DNA of 64,000 nucleotides from a virus. Below, one piece after another: positions 30,049 through 39,945 of this stretch (the stretch's first letter is position 1; the number at the start of each line of letters is the position of its first letter). The notes under the pieces were generated by a model. It did not search any database. It saw nothing but the letters and a program-made list of their open reading frames with translations, and had not been told where the DNA came from. A program made the translations under genes and the position numbers. The DNA lies in the IMG/VR virus record IMGVR_UViG_3300022668_000040, positions 12,089 through 76,088 of that record. The stretch is one strand, 5' to 3'.

Positions 30049-30436
30049 AGCTGTAGAGCTGTTTCTCAGCATGCTAAAAAATGGATTTACCTTGGAAGGT
30101 AGCTTCCAATTATTTGGATTATTTGTACTTTTTGTAGTATTGGCAACATTAGGTATAGCGATTACAAAAATTGCTCATAGTCTCTTATTAGGTGCTAATA
30201 AACGATTAAATGTCGGATCAACTTGGTTACGTCGAGAAAATAATGCTGGAAAAACAATAGCTGCACTATACCTTAAAAAAAGCTTTTTTAAAGTTTGGTT
30301 GTGGAATTCAGATAATGGGGATCTAATTGAAGAATCCACTATTAAATTTAGCCAATCCACGAAACATTTCATTTCATCTGTACCTGAAGGAATAGACAAA
30401 AAGAACATTCCAAGTGCTTCTACATTTGGAATATAA
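30041..30436 (+). CDS. Membrane protein, holin candidate
   Basis: TM segment LFGLFVLFVVLATLGIAI; GAGG SD; next to endolysin. Confidence 0.4.
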   Translation: MDKAVELFLSMLKNGFTLEGSFQLFGLFVLFVVLATLGIAITKIAHSLLLGANKRLNVGSTWLRRENNAGKTIAALYLKKSFFKVWLWNSDNGDLIEESTIKFSQSTKHFISSVPEGIDKKNIPSASTFGI

Positions 30437-30447
30437 GGTGTAATACA

Positions 30448-31152
30448 ATGAAAACCATTCTATGCTCATCAATCCTTCTGCTTATGCTTTATGGGTGTGC
30501 TGATTCTCATAAATTTAAAAGAGCCGAAGATATAGATGAAAAATATACAGGAATCAGTACTACGGCTATAGCAGCTGAAGAGAGTATTTCCTTAGCTGCT
30601 ATGGGGGTGTACAGAGATAAATACGGGGATATAGTAAAAATTGATTCTGTTCCTCCTAATGTAACACATGATAGTAATCCTCCGCCTTTACTAATGAATA
30701 AGGATACATCATCACTTACACAGGAGGAACAACTTTTGGCAAATGCTATTATACAGGGTGCAGTTAATTTGGGATTAGCAACCCCAAATATCCCCTCACC
30801 AAATATAGAGATTTCCCTGTTTTCAGGTCCTGTAATAAATAGTACTGTGCAGTTAAACACTGGAGCCGCAGCAAGATTATCTGGCGGAAGTACAAACCAA
30901 GAATCTTTTTTATCCATTGCTAGAGAAGGATTAAAAAAGATTGGAACTCCTGTAAAAACAGATTTGGAAATAATTTCAAATACTGGATATTCCATATTTA
31001 GAAACGTAGCTTTTCCTCTGGCCGGAGCATATGTACTAAAAGAAGCATTCAAAGCTGCTGGAGACAATATCCATGTAGCTGACAGCAATAATCCTGATAA
31101 TTCCACGCATGACATTGATAATAGTGTCAGCTCTCCTTCTGCCACAGAGTAA
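30448..31152 (+). CDS. Predicted lipoprotein
   Basis: MKTILCSSILLLMLYGC lipobox-like signal peptide; AAGG SD. Confidence 0.6.
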   Translation: MKTILCSSILLLMLYGCADSHKFKRAEDIDEKYTGISTTAIAAEESISLAAMGVYRDKYGDIVKIDSVPPNVTHDSNPPPLLMNKDTSSLTQEEQLLANAIIQGAVNLGLATPNIPSPNIEISLFSGPVINSTVQLNTGAAARLSGGSTNQESFLSIAREGLKKIGTPVKTDLEIISNTGYSIFRNVAFPLAGAYVLKEAFKAAGDNIHVADSNNPDNSTHDIDNSVSSPSATE

Positions 31153-31156
31153 TTTG

Positions 31157-31807
31157 ATGACTGATATCTTAATTGCTTTGTATTTGACAGTGAATGTTCT
31201 TCGGGAGGCTCCTAATGATCCTCCTGAAAGTCAAAACGCAATAGCCCATGTTGTGCTAAATAGAGCCCGCCAATGTTCAGGAGACATATCTCCTGAATCA
31301 GTCCTAACTGAATTGCGTCGTAATGCACAATTTAGCTGGACAAATAGGGTGAAAGGAAAAAGGGATACTTCATACTCATTAGATATTTTACAACAAAATT
31401 CTTTTCAGAAATTTGCGTATACATACCCTATAATGATACAGGCGTACTCAGAAGCTAAATCTGATTTTGATCCTACGGGAGGGGCTCTATATTATCACTT
31501 AAAAAATATGCCTGTGTATCCAGATTGGGCAGCGTTCAAAGTGGCTCTCCCGTATAATTTTCAAGGATCGCATATATTTTATTTGGGGAATGGAGGAAAT
31601 CCTGATTTCGAATTCTGTAGTAAGAAAATCATTCCGGCTAATAAAAAAGCAGTAGAAGCTTGCCAGAACTTATCAGTACATCCCAATGGTGAACACACTG
31701 ATAAGGATAAACTGAAGAAACAAAAGGAAGCTACTCCAAAAGAAACAAAGTTGTCATTTCTTTTGGAGGTAGTCAGGAAATTAACTGTTAGGCATACTTC
31801 TAAATAA
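31157..31807 (+). CDS. SleB-like cell wall hydrolase (Hydrolase_2), putative endolysin
   Basis: REA.......AIAHVVLNR, QFSW, DPTGGALYYH, HIFY motifs. Confidence 0.85.
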   Translation: MTDILIALYLTVNVLREAPNDPPESQNAIAHVVLNRARQCSGDISPESVLTELRRNAQFSWTNRVKGKRDTSYSLDILQQNSFQKFAYTYPIMIQAYSEAKSDFDPTGGALYYHLKNMPVYPDWAAFKVALPYNFQGSHIFYLGNGGNPDFEFCSKKIIPANKKAVEACQNLSVHPNGEHTDKDKLKKQKEATPKETKLSFLLEVVRKLTVRHTSK

Positions 31808-32437
31808 ATCGGAAATAGGGCCTCCATGAGCAAACCCGGTAAATCCTAACTGCTGGATTTGCTCATCCTCAGTAAATGCATGCATCGTGCAATCTTTCAT
31901 TATTGAATCTATACAATCCATAATTTTAATTTCCTGAGTATAATGTAATGTTGCAACTTTATTCTCTGCTAACTTATCACAAATTGTATTCAAAACGACT
32001 TGAGCGTTCCCGACACAAACTATTTTTTCCTCCACTGATTCTAAAACTATTTTTTCTTTTTCTAGTTTGCTCAACTCTAGCTTTAGTTTTTTCCTAATAT
32101 CTGTGGTAGAATCACGTATAACTTCAACTATAGTCAATCTTCTATTGCCCTTTATAACATGCTCTAACCACTGCTCTGTAAAAGAGCTAAGTCTTGATAA
32201 TGCTTGGGATAAAATTACAGATTGTTCTTTTTTTGGAATTTCCCCATGTTTATCGTAATAAGCTCTGTCTTCCTCATTTGATAAGACAGTGTAAGCCTTA
32301 TTTATTTGCATGAATAGTTCTGCGGATGCCCTGGGGCCAGTATCTGGATGATACAATTTAGCGAGGGATCTGTAGGCTTTCTTTATTTGTTCTGTTGATG
32401 CATCGTTTTTTACTCCTAAATCATCATATAAGCTCAT
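31781..32437 (-). CDS. J-domain (DnaJ-like) protein
   Basis: LYDDLGV..DAS...IKKAYRSLAKLYHPD...F..INKAY.VLS....RA.YD; intact HPD. Confidence 0.9.
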   Translation of the reverse strand: MSLYDDLGVKNDASTEQIKKAYRSLAKLYHPDTGPRASAELFMQINKAYTVLSNEEDRAYYDKHGEIPKKEQSVILSQALSRLSSFTEQWLEHVIKGNRRLTIVEVIRDSTTDIRKKLKLELSKLEKEKIVLESVEEKIVCVGNAQVVLNTICDKLAENKVATLHYTQEIKIMDCIDSIMKDCTMHAFTEDEQIQQLGFTGFAHGGPISDLFRSMPNS

Positions 32438-32481
32438 ATTTTTCTCCTCGGATGAAATATTAGTGTGGGATAAGCAGTACT

Positions 32482-32913
32482 CTACTTATCAGGGGTAAAG
32501 AGATCACATACAGATAAAAATACCATGTGGCAATTTGTACACGTATGTTGAGATCTTCTGTTATTTTTTACAGAATTCTTGGTTACCCCACAATGTGGGC
32601 ATGTTATGGCAAAAAGAGCGCTATGCACTCCCCCCGTAAGCATATCTTTTTGTGTAAGTGTAACACATTGGAAACAACTGATATATACTTTCACAACATT
32701 TATACATGATATCCATTCTTTCCAATTTTTCAAAAATAAGCGAAACATCCTATCTTGAGAATACTCATATAACATTTCTTCTCTAAAACAAAGTGTGTTG
32801 GAAAAAAATATACCATCTTTAGATAGCCAAATTATGGAAAATATTCTTCCATCTATTGGAATATCTACATCACCATCACAACTTGTGCGCACTATTATCC
32901 TCTTAACACCCAT
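32482..32913 (-). CDS. Hypothetical protein with C-terminal zinc ribbon
   Basis: CPHC...CTNC. Confidence 0.5.
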   Translation of the reverse strand: MGVKRIIVRTSCDGDVDIPIDGRIFSIIWLSKDGIFFSNTLCFREEMLYEYSQDRMFRLFLKNWKEWISCINVVKVYISCFQCVTLTQKDMLTGGVHSALFAITCPHCGVTKNSVKNNRRSQHTCTNCHMVFLSVCDLFTPDK

Positions 32914-32922
32914 TCTTTGACC

Positions 32923-33387
32923 TCATCTAACAAAATTAATCGCTGAGTATACTTTTGTCACTACTGCATCAGCTATAATACAATCATCATAAGCAAGGTC
33001 CACATGTTGTGATGCTCCGGCAATTGTCTCTAAAAGAGGATCAAAGAGGGATAATTTTTCTGAACTTTTTATTTTTTCACTCAAATCAGTCATTACATGA
33101 TTAATGATACAAAGTAATGTTGGCAAAGATAGAGATTGCCATTCCTTATCAGTATTCACACAATCCCCAATAAGTTTAAGGTGAGTACATATCCATTCTT
33201 TATTTTTTTCAGATTTTCCAGTTTCTGGAAACTTTGCACAACAGTCTTCACTTACTTCCAATCCATATAGAATAATTGGCCTTATGTCCCCGGATAGCTC
33301 ATAAGATTCTATTGTTATAAAACAACTATGTACAAAAGCTAACAATGTTATTGTTTGATTAGATGCTAAGCTCATATGTATTTCCAA
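32923..33387 (-). CDS. Hypothetical protein
   Basis: Tightly packed 154-aa ORF. Confidence 0.5.
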   Translation of the reverse strand: MEIHMSLASNQTITLLAFVHSCFITIESYELSGDIRPIILYGLEVSEDCCAKFPETGKSEKNKEWICTHLKLIGDCVNTDKEWQSLSLPTLLCIINHVMTDLSEKIKSSEKLSLFDPLLETIAGASQHVDLAYDDCIIADAVVTKVYSAINFVR

Positions 33388-33812
33388 GTTATCCTATGTA
33401 CTATTTTATGTATTGTTGATCTGCACACTCCAAATTGTGCTGCAAGAAGGGTCATACTTTTTCCGTTTCCATTAAGTTCACGTATTTGCATAACTTGAGA
33501 ACGGGTTAACTTTTTTCTTTTTTGAGGTTTTTTATTTTGGACAAAATCTATAAACTCCATAAATTTTGGAGTTTGGAAATCTATGCCAAGTTTTACTTTT
33601 TTCCCTGTAGTGCATTGTAGGCAAACACTGGTATCATGTCTCACAAAAGTTTGTAAGTTTATGGAACTTTTGTTTCCTGATTTTATTTCCAATTTCGCCC
33701 TTCTTTGAAAAGAGAGACACATAGAGATAAATGAAGATTTACTCATACGTGTCTCTCTTTTGCCTGTAATAGGGCATCCCATATATTTATGGATACCATA
33801 TTTATCAGCCAT
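33372..33812 (-). CDS. Hypothetical protein with C-terminal HTH
   Basis: KLTRSQVMQIREL...LAAQFGVCRSTIHKIV..ITW. Confidence 0.6.
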   Translation of the reverse strand: MADKYGIHKYMGCPITGKRETRMSKSSFISMCLSFQRRAKLEIKSGNKSSINLQTFVRHDTSVCLQCTTGKKVKLGIDFQTPKFMEFIDFVQNKKPQKRKKLTRSQVMQIRELNGNGKSMTLLAAQFGVCRSTIHKIVHRITWKYI

Positions 33813-34290
33813 GTTGCTCCTTGATATTACCCTCGGAGATAATGGGTGCAGCGGGGCCGATCTTTGTTACTCCTGCAACTTGACCGATCTTTTCTTTAAA
33901 GTACTCAAATGAATCAATAGCCACAAATCCTTGGGATGATGCTCCCTTTACAGTGATAGAGGTGTAAATATCATCTCGGAATACACTTACTATATGATCT
34001 ATAGCCAGGAACATTTTTACTGTGGGTAATTTTCCGTCCTGAACGACTCCCATCCCCACCATAGCAGCCAGCATAGGAATGTGTGCTGAGTCCATAAACG
34101 ACAGTAAGGCCATTACATCACATGAGCTGATCAATATGTTCCCTTCGTATAAAATTTTTGTTCGTCTGTCTCCAGATTGGTATATCCCTACAATAAGATT
34201 TGGATCTATGAGTGTTGGCATTATGCGAGTATTTGACTCTGCATTCTCATCTTCATTTTTTCTTACATACTCTATAGGTAACTCAAGCAT
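33805..34290 (-). CDS. Hypothetical protein
   Basis: AGGAG SD; overlaps the downstream start. Confidence 0.55.
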   Translation of the reverse strand: MLELPIEYVRKNEDENAESNTRIMPTLIDPNLIVGIYQSGDRRTKILYEGNILISSCDVMALLSFMDSAHIPMLAAMVGMGVVQDGKLPTVKMFLAIDHIVSVFRDDIYTSITVKGASSQGFVAIDSFEYFKEKIGQVAGVTKIGPAAPIISEGNIKEQHG

Positions 34291-34302
34291 TCTTTTCTCC
34301 TT

Positions 34303-35232
34303 TTATATTATCCAGTTTCTTTGTTCAAATTCACTTTTTACGGGAGCCAACAATTCCCTGAATTGTGGGTATGCATCTTTTGCAGTGCGCAGTTTGAATA
34401 TATGATTCCATTCAGGAACACTTGCAGTTACCACTATTCGTGTGGCTACCTGATTATTCAAATGTACTCTAGCTTGTTCCGCTGCTTTCTTCCCATTTAT
34501 TCCCAGCATATGAGCTATTTTCAAATCCTGAATATACACAGATTCAGTGTGTGCGCAAGCATTCCTCCATGCTGAATATCTTTCTAATTCAATAGAATTA
34601 GGAGTGTGCTCTTTTTCTAACATTTTACTAAAATGCTGAGGCACAATAAATTCAACATGTTTTTTATACATGCAATACCTTTGGGACTCTTGACAAAATG
34701 AGCAAAGTCTGTGACGAACAAGTTCATGTGTGACAGCTCTATCTGTTAAAAAATGTACTGATACTCTTTTCAATTGTATTGGTATTTCTTCATTAGAACA
34801 TACATGAAAACAATTGGGGAATTTATTAAAAATAGTTTCCAAATTATCTACATTATTCTCCTCTGGGGGAAACGTCCCAAAAAAAGCATCCAAATAAGCA
34901 TTATGCCATGCCAAATAATTACCCCCGATATATGCATCCCCTTCATGCATGATGAAGGCAAGATGATCTGAATTAGCCGCAATTTTGGCATTATTAAGAA
35001 GAATACGTGGAGAATATAACCCTTTAGTTTTCACAACAAGGTTTGAATGTTCTATAACAGCAGTGTGGTTTCTTTTCATTAACCCATTTACGAACCGCTT
35101 CCCGGACCCATCTATAATTTTATCCTCTGATCGGTAACAAATTCTGCCCGCCTTCTCAATTCTTAGAATATTGCCCATAAAAGTATCTGGACATTCTCCC
35201 CAAAACTCCATTCCTTGTGTGAGTATCTTCAT
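34303..35232 (-). CDS. thyX: Flavin-dependent thymidylate synthase
   Basis: AGRICYRS, H.AVIEH and THELVRHR..SF.QESQRY signature. Confidence 0.92.
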   Translation of the reverse strand: MKILTQGMEFWGECPDTFMGNILRIEKAGRICYRSEDKIIDGSGKRFVNGLMKRNHTAVIEHSNLVVKTKGLYSPRILLNNAKIAANSDHLAFIMHEGDAYIGGNYLAWHNAYLDAFFGTFPPEENNVDNLETIFNKFPNCFHVCSNEEIPIQLKRVSVHFLTDRAVTHELVRHRLCSFCQESQRYCMYKKHVEFIVPQHFSKMLEKEHTPNSIELERYSAWRNACAHTESVYIQDLKIAHMLGINGKKAAEQARVHLNNQVATRIVVTASVPEWNHIFKLRTAKDAYPQFRELLAPVKSEFEQRNWII

Positions 35233-35235
35233 AGT

Positions 35236-35583
35236 TTATTGATCCAATAATAAATTTGAAATAACAGCTTTTATTTCTCCACTTGTGAGAGATTTTCCAA
35301 GTTCCTCTTTAAATGATAAAGGAGTATTGCAAATAATATTGCGTATTCGTACTGGGTATGGATATTCAGTAATAAAATAAATATTTAATATATGCTCTCT
35401 TTTCGTACTATCCAAACTGTTTACAGCATGAACTTCTATTGAATCTAAACTATTTACTATAGAAGTACGAATGTGTAATTCTAATATTCCCTCTGATTCC
35501 ACAATCCATTCTTTAGATGCATCGTTAAGTATATCTTGGGGAGATCTGACATCTTTTATTATAATATCTTTTGGAAAGTACAT
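35236..35583 (-). CDS. Hypothetical protein
   Basis: Coupled 115-aa ORF. Confidence 0.5.
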   Translation of the reverse strand: MYFPKDIIIKDVRSPQDILNDASKEWIVESEGILELHIRTSIVNSLDSIEVHAVNSLDSTKREHILNIYFITEYPYPVRIRNIICNTPLSFKEELGKSLTSGEIKAVISNLLLDQ

Positions 35584-35855
35584 TATATACCCCTATTTAA
35601 TATTTCCAAAATACACCCTTCGTTATCAATAATTTTCCCCAATTTTTGCTTTAACCTTCTTTGCTGATTACGATAGCCAATAATAGTAAACACTAATACG
35701 TTTTCTACAAATGTGGGCATTTCTTTGAAATATACTTCATTATTCTGAACATACCAAATAATACTTCCAACTAACTTTTTGGTATTCACAGATGTGTTTG
35801 GTTCTTTTTTAGTCACCATATATGTGTAATGTCTATCTTGCATAATATAATCCAT
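35583..35855 (-). CDS. Hypothetical protein
   Basis: Coupled 90-aa ORF. Confidence 0.45.
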   Translation of the reverse strand: MDYIMQDRHYTYMVTKKEPNTSVNTKKLVGSIIWYVQNNEVYFKEMPTFVENVLVFTIIGYRNQQRRLKQKLGKIIDNEGCILEILNRGI

Positions 35856-35864
35856 AAATATTTA

Positions 35865-35898
35865 AAAATAAGGTGTGGGATTACCCACACCTTATTTT
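35865..35898. terminator. Bidirectional intrinsic terminator
   Basis: AAAATAAGGTGTGGG-ATTA-CCCACACCTTATTTT. Confidence 0.75.
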
Positions 35899-35929
35899 AT
35901 TTAGGGAATAATCTAAAACACTCTTTTAA

Positions 35930-36424
35930 TTATCCCATAGCGCCTGACACACTGGAACGCAAATCAAACAAAGAGGTGATTTTTGGCAATGGGAAAGGTA
36001 GTTTCTTATTGCACTTACCGTCTTGCTGAGAATAATTCTGCCGTTTAGCAAAATCTATCTCCGTCATACACCCAAGATTCTGTGATACACTGGAGCATTT
36101 CAACTTGACGACCACGGAATTCGCTTTGTTTACCAAATCAACAGACACCCAGCCATCCCCTTGTGGACATTCATTTGTTTGGCTGCTATCCCCTCTCATT
36201 TTCACCACAAGCTCAGGACGATTCTGCAACTTCCAAGCATTAGCATTGAACTTTGCATTGTCATTCACGACAGCCCGCGCTGCCTCCAATGTTGCGAAGG
36301 ACACTTTATCCGACTTTCCTGTAAATATATAGAAGATAAAGAAGGTCCCAAAAATCAAAAGTAACATTCCTGCAATAGCTGACTTTGGTCTACGTTTCAC
36401 TCGTTGAATTATTTCACTATTCAT
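35930..36424 (-). CDS. Membrane-anchored Cys-containing exported protein
   Basis: N-terminal TM helix, CPQGDG...LKC...GC; GGAG SD. Confidence 0.6.
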   Translation of the reverse strand: MNSEIIQRVKRRPKSAIAGMLLLIFGTFFIFYIFTGKSDKVSFATLEAARAVVNDNAKFNANAWKLQNRPELVVKMRGDSSQTNECPQGDGWVSVDLVNKANSVVVKLKCSSVSQNLGCMTEIDFAKRQNYSQQDGKCNKKLPFPLPKITSLFDLRSSVSGAMG

Positions 36425-36455
36425 ACATTCTCCTTATTTACTACTTGGTTTATAT

Positions 36456-37007
36456 TTAAGCAACTAAACGCAACCCTGCGTATAATTGTCCTACATTTGC
36501 CTCTCTTCGTGCTCTTTTACGAGCATTTGCACGTATCTCCGCCTGCACAGGAGCTTGTTTATCCAAAGCCATTTGCAATATTTGGTCCATACTGGCCTCA
36601 TGCAAATATATTTCTTTTTTTGGCTCCTCTGGGCGATGAAAATGAACAATATCCTCCAATCTTTGATAGGTAACTTCTTTCCACGTGGGGATTCCTGATA
36701 TGGGGGAAAACAAAACTTTATGATCAAATGCTTGAACTAAAATTTCCCCTCCCAATGCCCGCAAATCAAAAAATTGGACTGGAAATGGCATAGAGGGATT
36801 TCTCTCCCTATACGTAAAATCCCGCAAATTTGTTATGCCCTGTAAATTGAACTGTTTGTGCTGTATGGCTATCTGCATGGTTCCGCTGGATACATCCTGA
36901 TTTGCAGAAAGTTCCCATCCATTTTGATATAAATCATACGAATTTGTTTTCCATCCAGCCCAGTAAATATCTAATGGGGCATTAAACTCCTTCCATCCGG
37001 GAAACAT
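36456..37007 (-). CDS. Hypothetical protein
   Basis: 183-aa ORF with WAGW motif, GGAG SD. Confidence 0.6.
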   Translation of the reverse strand: MFPGWKEFNAPLDIYWAGWKTNSYDLYQNGWELSANQDVSSGTMQIAIQHKQFNLQGITNLRDFTYRERNPSMPFPVQFFDLRALGGEILVQAFDHKVLFSPISGIPTWKEVTYQRLEDIVHFHRPEEPKKEIYLHEASMDQILQMALDKQAPVQAEIRANARKRARREANVGQLYAGLRLVA

Positions 37008-37009
37008 TC

Positions 37010-37222
37010 CTATTCTCCAAACTCATCACGAAGCTCTTGACGTAAATCCTCTAGCTCACGCAAATAATTGTCGTAAATATGTTTGGCATTGTTTACTCTC
37101 TCCATAAGAAGCCTCACCCTTCCTTTCGCAGCTTCTCTTTTCTCCCAGGAAACCTCGTGCTCCGCTTCTTTAAAAATAGAGCTCACTGTAAAACTACCTA
37201 TCTTTTTTTCTTTATCAGCCAT
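37010..37222 (-). CDS. Small coiled-coil hypothetical protein
   Basis: GGAG SD, tight packing. Confidence 0.55.
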   Translation of the reverse strand: MADKEKKIGSFTVSSIFKEAEHEVSWEKREAAKGRVRLLMERVNNAKHIYDNYLRELEDLRQELRDEFGE

Positions 37223-37234
37223 TTTATTCTCCCA

Positions 37235-37435
37235 TCATACAGAATTTAATCCTTTTTGTTGCATTACTTTTAAAAGTCTTTTAGACCTCATCCTTTCATC
37301 CATTGTGCCAATCATACTTAGCACAGTCCTTGCCTCAAACAAAGCTTTGAACTTTTTTTCTTTAGGACCCTCCGTATCCTCCATAATAATGTTGTCTTTT
37401 ACTGTCCTCATCTCATTTTGTGTGTGTGGTAGCAT
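37235..37435 (-). CDS. Hypothetical protein
   Basis: GAGG SD before ATG 37435. Confidence 0.45.
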   Translation of the reverse strand: MLPHTQNEMRTVKDNIIMEDTEGPKEKKFKALFEARTVLSMIGTMDERMRSKRLLKVMQQKGLNSV

Positions 37436-37454
37436 TCTGCCTCTCTTTATGTAG

Positions 37455-38003
37455 TCATACGATATTAGTACACATAAACCTATAAAAAGCAAGTTCAGTT
37501 GAATGATCGGGTATATTTAAAACATAATCCTCACTTTGTATAGAAACTCCTTTCTCAGAAGCATGTGATTTGGAATCTATTTTTGGTGTAAAATTCCTTT
37601 GTAAATGAACAATTACTCCATCATTTTCTCTTATTAAATTAGCTTCGTTATCAAATCTTACATCATCTATCACTAAAGAAATTCCATTTCTCATGAGTTG
37701 GGAAATTTGCTGTTGCATCCTTTGTATAAAGAAATCATGGCATATAACATCCCGAATAAATTCTGTAGCAAATAATTGCATCAATTTTCTCGGTGTAATA
37801 TTTGGAATCCAGGGAATCTCTCGTTCTTTTTTATCCTGATCTGTAAACCAAGATAAATCCAACCCCGTTAATACTACTAAAGATTCTTTTAATGGATTAG
37901 CAAAGGATATCAATTTATAATCAGCTGACCTTTGTAACCACTTTGCAGCTGTTGTTTTTCCAACTCCGGCTGGTCCGGCCAATCCTATTATAGGAGTACT
38001 CAT
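37455..38003 (-). CDS. Deoxynucleoside monophosphate kinase
   Basis: GLAGPAGVGKTT P-loop, SFANPLK, TPR.LMQ, VIDDVRFDNEA, H.SE. Confidence 0.88.
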   Translation of the reverse strand: MSTPIIGLAGPAGVGKTTAAKWLQRSADYKLISFANPLKESLVVLTGLDLSWFTDQDKKEREIPWIPNITPRKLMQLFATEFIRDVICHDFFIQRMQQQISQLMRNGISLVIDDVRFDNEANLIRENDGVIVHLQRNFTPKIDSKSHASEKGVSIQSEDYVLNIPDHSTELAFYRFMCTNIV

Positions 38004-38143
38004 TTTTTACTTTCCTTTTTCACCACTAAATCTTTAGCCATGTTTGTATGTGCGTCCTTCACATGGCTCCGTAATTGCCTAGGAGTATCAAAATCTTTAT
38101 TACATATAGGGCATTTATGATCTTTTTTTCTGTGCCAAGCCAT
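38000..38143 (-). CDS. 47-aa C2H2 zinc-finger protein (absent from ORF track)
   Basis: MAWHRKKDHKCPICNKDFDTPRQLRSHVKDAHTNMAKDLVVKKESKK; AAGGA SD; TGA overlaps the kinase ATG. Confidence 0.8.
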   Translation of the reverse strand: MAWHRKKDHKCPICNKDFDTPRQLRSHVKDAHTNMAKDLVVKKESKK

Positions 38144-38164
38144 AGGTATTTCCTTTTAAGTACA

Positions 38165-38193
38165 TTATTAGCAAGAATTTTGTGGGTTGTCAA
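38165..38193 (-). promoter_or_regulatory. Sigma70-type promoter
   Basis: TTGACA-N17-TAATAA upstream of the zinc-finger gene. Confidence 0.55.
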
Positions 38194-38203
38194 TAATATT
38201 TTA

Positions 38204-38809
38204 TTAAGAAGTTAATAAAATATTACTAACTCCATCGATTTGTTCAACAAAAAAAGCCTTATCTGCATGCTCTTTTAACACGGTGACATGTGTAGCAATA
38301 ATAAATTGAATTCCTAATTCAGTAGAAAGTTCTCTAATCATTCGAGAGGCAAGTCTATGCTTTGTTTTTCCCAAATTTCTAAAAGGTTCATCCAATATAA
38401 GTACTTTATCATTAGAACACAAAAGTGTATGTGCTACTTTAAGAGAAAAGGATATTATATCCAAAACACCATACCCTCTACCATCCAAGAGATCATATTG
38501 TCTTCCATCTTCTATTAGGTATATATCGCATTCTGATGTGTTCCTTCTTTCCACAAACTCTAATTTTAATTTCAAATTCTTTTCTGGAAAAACTACACTA
38601 AGAGCTTTGCTTACAATAGATGATAATGTATTTGAAATATCCTGCTGTGTAAGCAATGTGGATTTTTTAAAGATATCCAAAGCATGAAGTAAATTTGTTT
38701 GCTCACTTTCTAAGGCATCTCTCTTTCGCGTCAATTTCGTCGCATATGAGTCTAAAATCTTTTTTTTAGACTCAACTTCCTGTAACCTACTATTCCAAGT
38801 ACTCAGCAT
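38204..38809 (-). CDS. sbcC: SbcC/Rad50 C-terminal half (Walker B, D-loop, H-loop)
   Basis: Coiled coil, then G.GV.DI.SF.L, LILDEPFRNL, QFIIATH. Confidence 0.8.
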   Translation of the reverse strand: MLSTWNSRLQEVESKKKILDSYATKLTRKRDALESEQTNLLHALDIFKKSTLLTQQDISNTLSSIVSKALSVVFPEKNLKLKLEFVERRNTSECDIYLIEDGRQYDLLDGRGYGVLDIISFSLKVAHTLLCSNDKVLILDEPFRNLGKTKHRLASRMIRELSTELGIQFIIATHVTVLKEHADKAFFVEQIDGVSNILLTS

Positions 38810-39029
38810 ATTTTTTTTCAAATACGTTTAGTTTTTTTTCAAAAATGCGTTTTTTTCTATCCAATTTTTTCTTTTCTTGAGATAAGGCTCTTTGTGCTTC
38901 TTCGACAGTATTCCATCCTAGATCTTTTAACTGAGACATGAGCAAATCTACCTGGGCTGTAATTCTATTTCTTTCCCTCTCATGCTCATGCGCTAAAGCA
39001 ATTAATTCTTCCAATCGTTCATCATTCAT
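38790..39029 (-). CDS. Small coiled-coil protein, possibly an SbcC arm segment
   Basis: Charged helical 79 aa between SbcD and the SbcC C-half. Confidence 0.5.
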   Translation of the reverse strand: MNDERLEELIALAHEHERERNRITAQVDLLMSQLKDLGWNTVEEAQRALSQEKKKLDRKKRIFEKKLNVFEKKYAEYLE

Positions 39030-39030
39030 T

Positions 39031-39945
39031 TTATTCTCTCTGTTCTCCTAATATCGATAACACTAACTCTTTCACTTGTGGATCAACATTCTCTTTATCC
39101 ATAACAAAATCTACAGCTCTGGGAAAACTTGGAACACGTTGTTTATCAGTAAACGTTTTCAGCAATTTTTGCATCTCTTTGGAAAAATGTTTATTTTTTC
39201 CACTTTGTTTACTTTCGGCTAAAAACACTTTTTCCTTTTTCTCAATTTTTAAATATACTCTTTTTAAATGTCCACTATAAGTGTTTAAGACCCACACAGA
39301 AGGGCGAAAATTTTTTTGAGTAACATTTTTTCGCATCATAGGACCGCAATTTATCAGCAGCCTCTCTTTGTATCTGAGAATAAAGGATTCATGGTAATCT
39401 CCAGATACTATGAATTTATAATTTTTGTATTGGGATAATGCTGTCTTTGCAGACACTGCATCTGGTAAAAAAAATGGAGGCTCTCCATCTGTTATGGATT
39501 TATGGATAACTAATATATTTTTGGAATTATTCGCAACTGGGACTTCTTGTCCAAAAGAAGCACCATATACTTTGTACATTCCAAGCATTGTTGGGGTGGA
39601 GGATAATAAATGGATATTATTATCAAATAATATTGTTTGCAAAGGGGATGATATAAGGTCCTGAGAATGATAGGACATATCATGCTGACCAGCTACAACA
39701 AACACACCTTTTCTCACATTTTTTAATGCGCGTATAACCGTATTCACTACTTTATGGCCCACACGCACATGATCAAAAATATCCCCGGCAATTATTAAAG
39801 CTGCTTGATTCCTATTAGCAATTGAAACTATTTGTTTCAATTTTGCACATTCTGTAGTGAAGTAATCATCTACTCTAAATTGTGGTCTATTTATTTGCAG
39901 GTGCAAATCAGCGCAACATACTATATTTTCTAAATTGGTAATCAT
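39031..39945 (-). CDS. sbcD: SbcD/Mre11-like metallophosphoesterase nuclease
   Basis: ADLH, AGDIFD, GQHD, H, GDYH, NCGP motifs. Confidence 0.88.
   Translation of the reverse strand: MITNLENIVCCADLHLQINRPQFRVDDYFTTECAKLKQIVSIANRNQAALIIAGDIFDHVRVGHKVVNTVIRALKNVRKGVFVVAGQHDMSYHSQDLISSPLQTILFDNNIHLLSSTPTMLGMYKVYGASFGQEVPVANNSKNILVIHKSITDGEPPFFLPDAVSAKTALSQYKNYKFIVSGDYHESFILRYKERLLINCGPMMRKNVTQKNFRPSVWVLNTYSGHLKRVYLKIEKKEKVFLAESKQSGKNKHFSKEMQKLLKTFTDKQRVPSFPRAVDFVMDKENVDPQVKELVLSILGEQRE

Noticed and set aside
3612-31145. Numerous minus-strand ORFs opposite the structural genes (and plus-strand ORFs opposite the replication genes)
   Set aside because: Antisense shadows of long real genes, without SD or recognisable motifs
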